Source: Chiloscyllium plagiosum
Lineage: Eukaryota
Assembly: GCF_004010195.1 (NCBI RefSeq)
Contig: NC_057718.1
Coordinates: 64,423,637 to 64,487,636 of the forward strand
Length of the DNA stretch: 64,000 nucleotides
Direction of reading: 5' to 3'
This document shows positions 38,576 to 50,959 of the stretch, piece after piece. The notes beneath the pieces were generated by a model. It was given only the letters and a program-made list of their open reading frames with translations, was not told the origin of the DNA and did not search any database. Within the stretch, counting starts at the first letter, position 1. Every line of letters starts with the position of its first letter. The position numbers and the translations under genes are program-made.

Positions 38576-39029
38576 CAATTAAAATACTAGCTGTGTTGGA
38601 TTAGCTCCCCAAAGGTGTCCATTGCTGGGAGAGCTTTCCAAAGACAGGGTGCCAGATAGACCATCTGCTGCTTCAAGGAGAATTGAAACTAATTTGCATA
38701 TTCAAAGGCCTAATAAAGACCATTTTACAACTCCTCACTTCTTGGGGAACCTGCCAGCTTCATGGACATTACATCCCAACAGCAACCCAGGGGCTCAGTT
38801 TCTTGCCCAAAAGGGAAAGTATGGACATGGAAGGCCATGGAAGCACCAACGATTGCATAGGAGCTGTCAACCCTCTGATGTTTTCTACTCTTTCTAATTG
38901 GCAATTCATCTAGCCCAGAGATCTTTTACTTCCTCTATAGCACTCACCTCTCCTGGGGCGGAGCTGAGGCTTCAGAGCTTCTGCTTTCTTACTGGGAGCA
39001 ATACCAGGAGCCTTTTTATTGTAATCAAT

Positions 39030-39128
39030 CTGTTCAGACATGTTATGATCTATTTCCAAGAAAATGGGTCTCGAACCTAGGCCGCCTTGTCGAGAGGTAG
39101 GAACACCAACACTGTGTCACAAGGCTCT
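39030..39128 (-). mobile_element. tRNA-derived SINE fragment
   Basis: The reverse strand has A-box/B-box-like tgtgacacagtgttgg..ctaggttcgagaccc. Confidence 0.5.
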
Positions 39129-40009
39129 AGACATTAGTGAAGCGCAGTATAGATTATATGTTCAGAACAAGAAATACAACAGCAGATGGACCATATCTGA
39201 TCTGAATGTGGTAACTTTGGTCTTACCCCAAAGCACCACAATGACTGAAATCATGTGCCAATCTGCCTTACAATAATAGTAAGTGAAGCCAACTGCTGCA
39301 ATCAATGGACAAAAGTTTGAAATGGTCAACAAGTTTAGCTGTTTGAATACCACAGTTGAGCAGCTCAAGTAATAAAACCAGAATTATCTTGGTATGTAAC
39401 AAAAATTTGACTGTGAGCAAAGAGCAGTTAGTCTTTTAGCAAAGCTAAAGGTTTGTCTTGCACTCCTGTGTGTGCTTGGGAGAAATAGACAGCTTACTCC
39501 AGCCAAACGACAGCATTTTCGCATGACTTAGTTATGGAGATTACAGAAGTCAAGGGGCTGAATTTCCCTATTGGTTTTATATGACCAGGTGGCCCAGAAT
39601 GAATTTTCTCATGTGATCTGTATTATATATGCGTTTCGGGTGCTCTCCCTTTAAGAGAACAAGTCAGGCGATTCGCAAGGTGGTGAGTTGGGAGGTCAGT
39701 CTAGAGCTGGCTGTAGAGGTTCTAAAAATAAAGTGTTCCTGCTTAGAGTTAAACCTGTGCCTCCCTTGTGTATAATTCCTAGTTCCCAGCGAGTTACAAA
39801 CTTAACAACTGGCAACGATTGTTGATCTGACCCACAAACTGTATGCAACTGCATTTTTTTTTTGTTTCTAAGTTTTGTGTTCAGCGGAGACGTCGCCTGG
39901 ACTTTAGGAATTTTGGTACAGGATTAAGGAGTTAACATCAAGGAAGTGGGTGTGAGGGGACTCAGGTTGCAGACAACACCAGGAAAGAAGGTACTCACCA
40001 GGGAGTGAG

Positions 40010-40094
40010 AAGGGTGGGTTGCGCTTCAGTGGTTCGGTGTGGACTTGTTGGGCCGAAGGGCCAGTTTCCACACTGTAAGTAATCTAAATCTAAA
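40010..40094 (+). mobile_element. HE1 SINE 3' fragment
   Basis: gggtgggttgcgcttc..gtggacttgttgggccgaaggg..cacactgtaagtaatcta. Confidence 0.85.
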
Positions 40095-40502
40095 AAGCGG
40101 CAGTCATGAAGGGACTTGGACTGATGGCTGAAGAAGAGTATGTGCCTGGGAGATACCAGAGGCATCATGGTGAGGGCTTGTGAGGAGACTTAGGCTGTGG
40201 GTGACACCAGGGAGGAATAGTGTGCTAATACAGTGGGCGAGGGAGCGACCGACATGGGAATGTTTATCAAGGGGACTCAGGGTGCGAGCGACAACTAGAC
40301 AGGTGATTGGATCGTTTGATGAAGAGTCAGATTGAACTTCTTACACAAACGTTTTAATTCATTCTTAAAAGTGAACAAAATGGCTGAGGACATCCTAGTA
40401 CCAGTTTTCTTAATTACCATTGGGAGCAAACGTCCCAATTTTAAGGAGTCAGGTACAACCAGAGAAATATATGAAGAAGACATTTCAAATGCTATGTGAA
40501 GT

Positions 40503-40915
40503 GGGCGGCATGGTGGCACAGTGGTTAGCACTGCTGCCTCACAGCGCCAGAGACCCGGGTTCAATTCCCGACTCAGGCGACTGACTGTGTGGAGTTTGCA
40601 CATTCTCCCCGTGTCTGCGTGAGTTTCCTCCGGGTACTTCGGTTTCCTCCCACAGTCCAAAGATGTGCACGTCAGGTGAATTGGCCATGCTAAAGGGGTG
40701 CCGCCCACTTCACATAGCATTTGAAATGTCTTCTTCACATATTTCTCTGGTTGTACCTGACTCCTTAAAATTGGGACGTTTGCTCCCAATGGTAATTAAG
40801 AAATAGGAAAAGGGGTAAATGTAGGGGAATGGGTGGGTTACGCTTCGGCGGGTCAGTGTGGACTTGTTGGGCCGAAGGGCCTGTTTCCACACTGTAAGTA
40901 ATCTAATCTAATCTA
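40503..40915 (+). mobile_element. HE1 SINE, full length, containing an inverted duplication of its own 5' junction
   Basis: Intact tRNA head and (TAATC)n tail. 40699-40803 is the reverse complement of 40406-40510. Confidence 0.93.
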
Positions 40916-41791
40916 AAAAATTATTTCCCACCCAAGCCACTGATGATCATGGAACAGTTGTGGTTTAATTAATGGGTTCAGCACGAAACAGAGTCCATCG
41001 CCCAATTTGTGGCTGCCTTAAAGAATTGAGCAGAACACTGAGAATTCAAAGGATTCCTCCAAGATGCTTTGTGGAACCATTTGGTTTGTGGCCTTTCACA
41101 CCTGGATTTCAAGGCAGCTTTTAAAATTGCTACCTCGATGGAATTGGCCACCAGTGAAGCAACACTGTTGGCTGTCAACTCCCAGGTGCAGCAAACAGTG
41201 GAAACTCAGCAAAGTGCAATACCAACCTAGAGTGCTGCCAATGTGGCAAGAGTGGCCACAAGGAGTAGATATTTTGAACTCAAGAAACCTAGTGCTCCAG
41301 GTGTATGTGAGTGAGTCATATTGCCTGAAATTGCCGGGTACAACTCAACAAATAGAAGAAGTGTTTAAAGGAGATGAGTTAAAGTGCAAGGCATAAGGTA
41401 CATATTTCCAACCAGGGAGTGGATGGAGTCAGTTGGGCCTGCGGGAGAAGCAGAAGGCCCAGAGACAGTGAAGTTCCTGTTCAACATACTGACAGTATGG
41501 GGTGAAGCTGAAGTGTACCCTGGAGGTATATAGGTGATACAGGAGTTTACTGAAGAAGGAAATCAGGAGGGCGAAAAGGGGGCACAAGATAGCTTTGGCT
41601 GAGAAGATTAGGGTGATTCTTTAAGTATAATAAAGGAAAAGGAATAATTAGAGAGAGAGTAGGATTCCTCAAGGATCAAAGTGGACACGCAGGAGATGGG
41701 TGAGGTCCTCAATGAATATTTTCTCCACTGTGTTTACCACGGGGAAAGACATGAAGACTTGGGAAAGTTAATGGTCATATCTTGGGGACAG

Positions 41792-41974
41792 GGTGAAAGT
41801 GAGGACTGCAGATTAGAGTCGACAGTGTAGTGCTAGAAAAGCACAGCAGGTCAGGCAGCATCCAAGGAGAAAGAGAATCGACGTTTCAGGCAAAAGTCCT
41901 TCATCAGGAAGCCCTGATAAAGGGCTTTTGCCCAAAACATCAATTCAGCATGATTAGTAAGTTTGACACTCTCG
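41792..41974. mobile_element. Fold-back PLE pLTR in CR1 with 15-bp TSD
   Basis: ATATCTTGGGGACAG at 41777-41791 and 41975-41989. Hammerhead-like cores at 41880-41907 (-) and 41914-41941 (+, degenerate). Confidence 0.85.
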
Positions 41975-42631
41975 ATATCTTGGGGACAGTCCATATCACA
42001 GTAGAGGAGGTGTTGGATATATTAGAATGTATGAAAGTGGATAAATCTCCTGGTCCTGACCAGACATATCCAAGAACACCGCAAAAGGCTTGAGAAGAAA
42101 TTGTGGGGGCCCTGGCGGATATTTTGCACCATCATTAGCTATGGATGAGGTCCTGGAAGACTGGAGGGTAGCAAAGGAGGAGAAAGTGAGGACTGCAGAT
42201 GCTGGAGATCAGAGCTGAAAATGTGATTTAAGAAGGGCTGCAAAGAGAAACCTGGGAACTATGGACCAGTAAACCTAACAATTGTGGTAGGTAGGTTAGA
42301 AATTGTGGGGGCCCTGGCGGATATTTTGCACCATCATTAGCTATAGATGAGGTCCTGGAAGACTGGAGGGTAGCAAAGGGTGTGCCCTGATTTAAGAAGG
42401 GCTGCAAAGAGAAACCTGGGAACTATGGACCAGTAAACCTAACAATTGTGGTAGGTAGGTTACTTGAGAAGATTCTGAGAGATAAGATACACATGCATTT
42501 GGAAAGACAGGGTTTGATTAGGAATACTCAGCATGGCTCTGCGCATGGGAGATCATGCTTCACAAATTTGTTAGAGTTCTTTGATAAAGTGACCAGGAAG
42601 GTTGACGAAAGCAGGGCGGTAGAAGTAGTCT

Positions 42632-42780
42632 GCTGGACACACTTTCCTCATTCCTGAAGAAGGGCTTATGCCCGAAATGTTGATTCTCCTGCTCCTTGGA
42701 TGCTGCCTGACCTGCTGCGCTTTTCCAGCAACACATTTTCAGCTCTGATCTCCAGCATCTGCAGTCCTTACTTTCTCCTC
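42632..42780 (+). mobile_element. Solo PLE pLTR (family A) with 14-bp TSD
   Basis: GGTAGAAGTAGTCT at 42618-42631 and 42781-42794; core at 42654-42681. Confidence 0.88.
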
Positions 42781-42852
42781 GGTAGAAGTAGTCTATATGG
42801 ATTTCAGTAAGGCTTTTGAGAAGACCACATGATAGGCTGCTGTGGAAGGATA

Positions 42853-43073
42853 TGTGGGAGATTAGAAATGTTGTTTTTGCAGATGGGTGAGGGGGTGTAG
42901 TGTGGGGGGAGGGGAAGGGGAACATTATACAAACGGTCGATATGCTCTGTTTTCGTGTACATTTCTGCTTGATTACAGAAGCGTCCGGTGCTTGCAAGCC
43001 TGTAATAAATTGTTCTTGTTTCCAAGGCTTTGTCTCAGGCTGATTGATTTGTGAGTGAGCTCTGTTTCTCACA
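42853..43073 (+). mobile_element. Short solo LTR inserted in CR1
   Basis: TGTGGGAGA..TTTCTCACA inverted termini, AATAAA at ~43004, 4-bp TSD GATA/GGTA. The CR1 sequence resumes on the other side. Confidence 0.7.
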
Positions 43074-44912
43074 GGTAGATCACATGGAAAACAAGAGTGA
43101 GCTGGCAAATTGGATATCCAATTGGCTTGATCGTAGGAAGCAGAGGGTAATTGTAGAAATTGCTTGGCGGTCTGGAGACCTGTGATTAATGGCATGCCTT
43201 AGGGGTCCGCACTGGGCCCATTGCTGTTTGTTAATTATATCAATGATTTGGATGTGAATGTACAAGGCATGAGTTGTAAGTTTGCGATGACACTGAAATA
43301 GGAGATATCGTGGACAGTGAGGAAGGTTATCAGAAGTTGCACAGGACCTTGGTCAGCTGGGGAAATGGGCTGACAAATGGCAAATGGAGTTTATTATAGA
43401 TAAGTATGAGGTCTTGCATTTTGGAAAGTCAAATCAAGACAGGAGTTTTTATGGTGAACGGTTGTGTCTTAAGGAGTGTAGTGGAACAGAGGGACCTTGG
43501 AGTTCAGGTGCACGGTTCTCTGAAAGTGGAGTCACGGGTTCACAGGGCAGTGAAGAAGGCTTTTGGCACACTGGCCTTCATCAGTCAGGGCATTGAATAT
43601 AGAAGCTGGGAAGTTATGTTGCAGTTGTACAGGATGTTGGTTGGTCCGCACTTGGAATATTGTGTCCAGTGTTGGCCACCTTGCTGTAGAAAGGATGTTA
43701 TTAAACTGGGAAGAGTACAGAAGAAATTTACAAGGATATTGCCTGGACTCAACGGTCTGAGTTATAGAAAGAGGTTGGACAAAGCTAGGACCTTTTTCTT
43801 CAGAGCATAGGAGATTGAGGGGGGATTTTATAGAAGTGTATAAGATCGTGAGAGGCAAGGATAGGGTGAATGCACTCAGTTTTTTTCCCAGAATTGGGAA
43901 ATCAGACTAGAGGGCATCAGTTTAACGTTAGAGGGGAAAGAATAAAAGGGAACCTGAGGGGCAACTTTTTTACACAGAGGATGGTATGGACATGGAATGA
44001 GCTGCCAGTGAAAGTGGTTGAGGTGGGTACATTAACAACATTTAAAAGGCACTTGAACAAATACATGGACAGTAAAGGTTTCGAAGGACATAGACCAACT
44101 TCAAGGAAATGGGGTTAGTGTGGATGGGCATTTTGGTTGGCCTGGACCAGTTTGGGCCAAAAGGCCTGTCTTCATGCTGTAAGACTCTATGACTCTAATT
44201 CTGGGTTCTTCCCAAAATAGAGGGAAGACAGTAAAATAGAAGTGCATATGGGTGCAGCAGTATCCCTAATTCCTAATTGGTATACAGGGAGAATTTAAGG
44301 GCACTACCATTGAAGGCTGTCAAGATCACACTACAGATGTATATGGAACAAGTGGTGCCATTGAAAGGCTGTGTACTACTGACAGAGACCAGTGTGCCGA
44401 ACGGCCACTTTATGTTGTAAATACCCGGCATTATTTGGATGCTTCTAGGTGGAAAAATTAAAGTTGAACTGGGACATGGTTAATATGTTGGCGGACTTAA
44501 ACATAAGTTTGTAAGATATTCTAAACAAGTACAAAGGTGTCTTCCAATGAACCCTGAGGGAAGTGAAAAGAGTCAAAGCTAAATTACAGTTGAAGCCAGA
44601 GGCTTGGCCTAGGAGTCTGAAGGTGCATCCGGTTACCGTATGCCATCCAGCCTAATGTGAAGCAGAACTGGAACGGCCGGTGAATCTGTGAGCATTGGAA
44701 CAAATAACCACCAATGGATGGGCCACTTCCATCATTCTGTCTTAAAAGCAGATGATGCGGTGAGGATTCAAGGTGACTTTAAGGTCACAGTCAACCCAAC
44801 GCTGAGTGAGGATCAATACCCACTTCCACTCATAGAAGATCTATAAAGGGGACGGCAGGGGGAAGAAAATTCTCCACAATGGATTGTTGGCCTACCTACA
44901 GATGGGGGTTTT

Positions 44913-45190
44913 GATTAGATTAGATTAGATTCCCTACAGTGTTGAAACAGGCTCTTTGGCCCAATAAGTCCACACTGACCCTCCGAAGAGCAACCCATCC
45001 AGACCCATTTCCCTCTGACTAATGCACCTAGCACTATGGGCAATTTAGCATGGCCAATCCACGTGGCCTGCACATCTTTGGACTGTGGGAGGAAACCAGT
45101 GCACCCGGAGGAAACCCACGCAGACACGGGGAGAATGTGCAAACACCACACAGACCATCGCCAGAGGCTGGAATCGGTCCCAGCTGCTGT
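44913..45190 (-). mobile_element. HE1 SINE inserted in Gypsy RT
   Basis: (GATTA)n tail and V-domain on the - strand. Confidence 0.9.
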
Positions 45191-48100
45191 GGGCAATAGT
45201 GACACACAGGGCTTTTTTTGCCATAAGCAGCTTCCATTTGACATCGCGTCAGTGCTGGCTGTGTTCCAGAGGGCCATGGATCAAGTATTACGTGGGTTGC
45301 CAGGAGTCCAGTATCATCTGGATGATATTTTGATTGTTGGACCCTCCAAAGTGGAACTTTCCAAAAATTTAGAGGGATCCCAAAAAAGATTGCAAGACTA
45401 TAACCTAGAGGTAAAAATGGAGGAATGAAAGTTTGTTAAAGACTCCCTAGAGTACCTGGGCAATTTAATCAACGGTGAGGGACCACACAAGGTGCCCAAA
45501 AAGATGCAGGCCATCATGAAGGCCCTCAGACCAGAGAACATGTCTCAACTGAGATTGTTCTTGGGGCTTGTCCATTATTATGGCTTGGATCTGGCAACTG
45601 TGTTCAGCCCCTACATTGATTCTGGCAAAAGGCCAGCTATGGAAATGGACCCAGGAATAGGAGGTGGCTCATCAGAAGGTGAAGCAAGTTCTACAAATTT
45701 CATTAGTGACCCAATGATGCCCTGCAGTTAGTGTGTGATGCCTCACCTTATGGCATTGAAGCTTCACTGTTGCACATCTTACTGAATGGAAAGGAAAGGC
45801 TCATTGCATTCACATCAAGAACAGAAATAAAGCCAGAGCAGAATAATGCATAAGTCAAAAAATAAGGATTGTTTCCTTTACAGCAGGCACTTCGTACTTC
45901 AGGCCGACCACAGAGCGATAACCTCCAATTTTGGGCCATATATGAGGATTACATTAATGGTGGCAGCAGGAGTTTAGTGTGGGATATGAGAATTGTTATT
46001 CCTCCCCTTTTAAGGGGAAAGATGCTGAAACAAGTGCACTAAGGACACCTGAGCATGATGTGAATGAAAGAGATAGCCAGGAGCTACTTCTAATGGCCAG
46101 AGGTGGACTCCCAGATTAAGGAGAAGGCAGGATCATGCAAATCCATTAGTAAGGAATTTGCTGCCATTGTTACCCCTTCACCCATGGGGGTGGCTTCAAT
46201 CACTGTGGCAGCAGATTCAAGTTGATTTCACAGGATCAGAAGAGGGATGGATGCTATGAATGGTTGTGGATGCCCAGACAAAGCGGTCCAAGGTGGTGGT
46301 CATGAAGTCTCTATCAGCAAGAGCAACAATAGACTGAATGGATGAAGTATTTGCCAGGTTTAGGAATCCCAGACAAGTGTAAGTGACAGTGGTCTATAGT
46401 TTGTGGTAGAAACATTCGAGGAGTACCTGGAGGAAAATCACTGAGTCAGACATGTCAGGTCGGCTCCATGTCACCCTGCGACAAACGGCCAGTCAGAGAG
46501 ATTTAGACAAACCTTGAAGCAGCCCTAAAAGCCTCACCAGGCATCCCTAGCACAAATTCCTCCAGTTCATAACAAATAATTGAACCCAGTTCCTCATTCA
46601 TATACAATAACTAAGCAACATTAAAAGAACAACAGACATGCAAGCAGGTGTTTTAAAATGTTATAAAGCGGAGGTTGACCCCCGCATGAGGTATTTCCTC
46701 CATAAGGAATTCCTCAGAAACATGCACAAGTGGCAACCCACTGTTCGCCGGCTTCCTTAATGTTCAATCTCCAGCTGAGAACCATGTCTGACTTATTGCC
46801 GCCAGGAGAGACCAGAGAGATGGTTAAGTGAAATCCAGAAGGACAGATGGTCAGAAGGACGGGAACCTCGCAGTCAAGGGTATTCCAAAGAGGAACTGGT
46901 TGGCCTGGAATTACACACGTCTGGGGAGAAATGGATCCCAGCGGTGGTGGTGGCTCAAACAGGACTGTTGTCATGTATGGTACAGACTAGAGATGAACTG
47001 CTCTGGATGAGACCTGTAACCAGCAGATCACTGCACCCGACCAATGCGAGGAGGTCCCTCAGAACACCGAGTGGTCTTGACTGAGTCATGAGTCTCTGAG
47101 CCTGGATTGACCATTCCCCGGGGGGGGGGGGGGGGGGAACAATACTGCAGTCACAGGGCGACAACAGCTGATCAGAGAGGGCTGTGCCTGCAGTACAACA
47201 GGAGCTTCCTGGTGCTTGGAGACTGCACTTAGAAAAGGTTCCTAAGATGAATCACCAATCCCTAAGAGACTGATCATATCAATACAAACTGTAGATAGAA
47301 TGTCTTTTATTTAGGGAATGATTGTTTTTAATGTTTTTATGAATATTCCTAACTGGTGTATCTATGTTGGCTTCAATGCCTGTATCATCTTTTTAATGGT
47401 TGTTTGTGTTGATTAAAGGGGTTTTGATTAAAATAAAGGGGTGGGGGTTTATGTATGTAGTTGTGCTGCTTCCCCTTTAAGAGAGCTCGTCAAGCGACTT
47501 GCAAGGGGCTCTGTGCAAGTGTAAGCAACTAAAATAAAGTGTTCCTGTTCAGAATTTTACCTGTGCCCCCTTGTCTGTAATTCAAGTGAATTACAATTTG
47601 CTTTGCAGTTCTTAATTTTTAACGTAAACTGGATCTTGGATGTGTTTCCAAGGGAATCTTGAGGTGACTGAGATGGAAGCGTTTGCAACTGCTGGGGCCT
47701 TCCAGCTTCAAATATAGCAACCTCTTGCTATATTTGAATCCCACCAATGCCACCATTTTCTCTGTACAGTCTTTCACGCAAAAGGCTAGCACTCACTCTA
47801 GCTTTGCCACTGCACACACAAGGCCGAAGGGCTGTCATCCACCTCCAAAATTACTGACCCTTCTTGCCCTTTGCATTTCCTATTAACTCGTTGTCACCTC
47901 ATCACTTCTTCTTATGCATTACCACTAACTACTCTTTCCTTCACTTACATCAAATTCAATCCCTCCCTTCTTCCATTGCACAAAAAACTGGTCTATTCCA
48001 CTGACTGATCCCTCAGCATCTTCCTGACTGATCTAAGTGTCATCTACAGTTTGCACCTTGACCTGCAGAACTGACCATGACCAACATACTGCACTGGAAT

Positions 48101-48439
48101 AGGATCAGCCCCTTGACTAACAGTGGTGGTACCGATTGACTGACTGTAGTCCCCCTTCACCCTTCAAAGGATTCTTCTCAATTGATTTTCCCACATGGTC
48201 ATTTGCTTAAAGCACATGCAATGTGTTTGCCATGTAAACTGTTTATCCCTGTCTGATTATTACATTTACTATTCAGTGCTCTCTATTTTCATAAGCTACT
48301 TGTCTTCTACTCTGTGCTACAAAGCAAGCTAAACTGCTGATGCTGGCAGCTTGTAACTGAGTGCTGAACATCTTGTGCCCTGAGAAAAAAATGTAGCCCA
48401 CACAAGGGTAGAATCCCATAAGTGAGCATTCATGTTAGT

Positions 48440-49070
48440 AAGTGGAAGGCAGGGAGGGTTGGGCAGGGGAAAATATTCTTGGTGGTGGGATCTAGTTAGA
48501 GTTGACAGATGTGTTTAAGGATTATTCATTGGATGTGGAGACTGGTGGGGTGGAAGGTGAGCACAAGGGGGACCCCGTCTATATTGTGTTTGTGGAGGGG
48601 GGGGGGGTGATTTAGATCAGTGGATTGGGGAAGGGATGCGGTGCAGTGGAGGGTTATCTAGATAACAGAATAGGGGAAAGCACGTTGTCCAAAGTAGGTG
48701 GACATCTGGGATGCTTGGGGGTGGAATGTCTCCTCATCCGAGCAGATGCAGCGGAGGTAGAGGAATTGGGAGAATGGGATGGAGTTCTTGCAGGATACTG
48801 GGTGGGAAGAGGTGTAGTTCAGGTAGTTGTGGGAGTCTGTGGGTTGATTGTAAACGCTGTATGGAGACTATCACCAGATATGGAAATGGAGAGGTCAAGA
48901 AAGGGGATGGAGGTGTCTGAGATGGATTAAGTGAATTTGAGGGTGGGGTGGAAGTTACGGGTGAAGTCAATGAACTGCTCTGGTTCAGCCTGGATGCAGG
49001 ATGCTGTTATACATATAATGGTGGAAGAGTTGTGGCACAATGCCTGTGTAGGTACTGAAGAGGGACTGTT
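48440..49070 (-). mobile_element. PLE reverse-transcriptase C-terminal remnant
   Basis: NFHPTLKFT*SISDTSIPFLDLSISI..TDSHNYLNYTSSHP..KNSIPFSQFL. Confidence 0.8.
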
Positions 49071-49283
49071 TTAAATATTTTTAAAATCTCAAATATGGAA
49101 ATAATTTACATGGTATTCGTAACAAATAATTGAACCCAGTTCCTCATTCATATACAATGACTCAGCGACAACAGACATGCAAGCAGCTGTTTTAAAACAT
49201 TGTAAAGCTGAGGTTGCTCCTCTGAGAACTAAAACCGAAACACTCAAAAACAATCAAAAATGAGTATCTCGCCCTATAACCTG

Positions 49284-50043
49284 TGTAGAGTGTAAAAAGT
49301 GGTGTAACCTGCTTTTCAGCAACTTTTAGTAGTTTAATAAAATAAATCCCTGACTCTCACTTTAAAATCAACAAGTAACAATTTATTTATCTCACTCTAA
49401 CAGTGAACAATTTAACTAAACTATTAAACCAAATAAAATCCTTCTAACTACTATTCCTGAATGAATCTAGATTCTAATGATATGCTGTCCCAATAAATAC
49501 AAATCCCACTCATATAAAAAAAATTGTAGCCACTCGAAATTACAGCCAGGTTATGTGTCTTCCAGAATGTTCTGTGCCTTTTCCGTCAATTCTTCTGTCA
49601 GGAATAAACAGTAGTTGTATCCTTGGTACCATTGTTATTTAGATGTTGCTTTCCCTCAGACATAGAGGACACTGTGAGAGTCAACGATTCTCGAGAGCTG
49701 AGGGCCATTAGCTCTTGTGAATGGTGGCTGGCTCTGGGGTCTTTATCCAACTGTCCCCTTATTTTACACACTTGATGGCATACCAATATTTCTTATAATA
49801 GGATTGGTCCTACGTTGTCAAAACCATTTAATAGGTTTTTGGTATCTAAGTACCTGGTTCAAATTGATTGGCTAAGTTCAAAAACCTATTGTCTTGGTAA
49901 AAACTGTTGTTTGGCCTGCTAACTGTACAACCTTTTGATACAAATCTTTCAATTTGGGTTCTCTGTGTACTTGCAAACTTTCAATCTGTGGCTCACAGAC
50001 CTCCATTTTAAATCTCTAAGCACAGAAAAAGTACCTGATCACA
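49284..50043. mobile_element. Probable solo LTR
   Basis: TGTAG..TCACA bounded block with LTR-like composition. TSD not seen. Confidence 0.35.
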
Positions 50044-50339
50044 GAATGCTTTCTCCTCTTACACTTTACAAACACCAAATTCTAGTTTCCTGCCTCACAA
50101 TCTACAAGGAACTTATCCAACTTTGCAACAGTAAACAGAGCAGACACGTGTTTAAACTTAATTCCGCCTGATATTTTCATCAGATGGAGGCAGACATATG
50201 GTCACTGATAACTTTCTAAGCTGATAACCTTCCAGAAAACCAAGCATTCTCGAATCTCTTGTCTTTAAAAGTTTGTTCTTCCTTGTGTCCATAAAGTCAG
50301 TGTTGTAAGAGTGAAACAACATAGTATATTGCATTGCAT

Positions 50340-50598
50340 TGAGGAAGTGATGGCCTAGTGGTATTATTGCTGGACTATTAATCCAGAGACCTCCGTAATG
50401 TCTGTGGGGCCTGGGTTTGAATCCCAACAAGGCAGATAGTGGAATTTGAATTCAATAAAGATCTGGAATTAACGATGACCATGAATCTATTGCCGATGGT
50501 TGGAAAAAAATCCATCTGATTCACTCATGTCCTTCAGGGAAGTTCTGAGCTATGAGTGACTCGGGACCCACAGCAATGTGGTTGACTCTTAACTGCTG
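50340..50598 (+). mobile_element. tRNA-derived SINE (third family)
   Basis: A-box tggcctagtgg, B-box gggtttgaatccc, body ending gcaatgtggttgactcttaactgc. Confidence 0.7.
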
Positions 50599-50896
50599 TT
50601 ATATGAAGCACTGACAAATGTAGTCAGACTGATTACAAATATGATAATTTTGTGGAATATCAAGGATATTTATCTCATACTTAGCAGGTGTCAAACAGTT
50701 TTAAATTAGTTTCATGGTCAGTTTGCATGCATGAAAAATAGCAATGTTGACTTAATAATTAAACACTACCCACTGCATCAACAGTGTTTATATATCAAGC
50801 TGCGCATAACAAAATGTAACAGTATCCTGAAATTAATGGTTACTGTTCATTTTCTATCAGTTTTTAAGTGTTGTTCTTCTTGTAACATTTTTTCAG

Positions 50897-50959
50897 ATTG
50901 AGAGAATGGAGGAACTGGCACCAGAAGTAAAAGTGAGACGGCAAGACAAGCTAAATGAG
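50897..50959 (+). CDS. Putative internal coding exon of the host gene (IERMEELAPEVKVRRQDKLNE)
   Basis: Acceptor cattttttcag, 63-bp purine-rich open frame (phase 0 to 0), donor GAG|gtatat. Continues the frame of exon 25371-25450. Confidence 0.6.

Larger units (their letters stand above)
41520..44196 (+). mobile_element. CR1 ORF2 fragment nested in Gypsy
   Basis: DKSPGPD, VVGRLLEKILRD, DFSKAF, QRDLGVQVHGSLKV, FFTQRMVWTWNELP, tail ctctatgactcta. Confidence 0.92.
39619..47595 (+). mobile_element. Gypsy/Ty3 LTR retrotransposon, both LTRs present, heavily nested
   Basis: 5' LTR 39619-39807 (TG..CA), PBS-like TGGCAACGA 39810-39818, gag remnant, protease KIEVHMGAAVSLI (~44232), RT ..FQRAMDQVLRGLPGVQYHLDDILI, RNase H CDASPYG, integrase PLHPW..IQVDF, PPT ~47435-47447, 3' LTR ~47449-47595 sharing ccctttaagaga..aaataaagtgttcctg..acctgtgcc. 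Confidence 0.9.
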
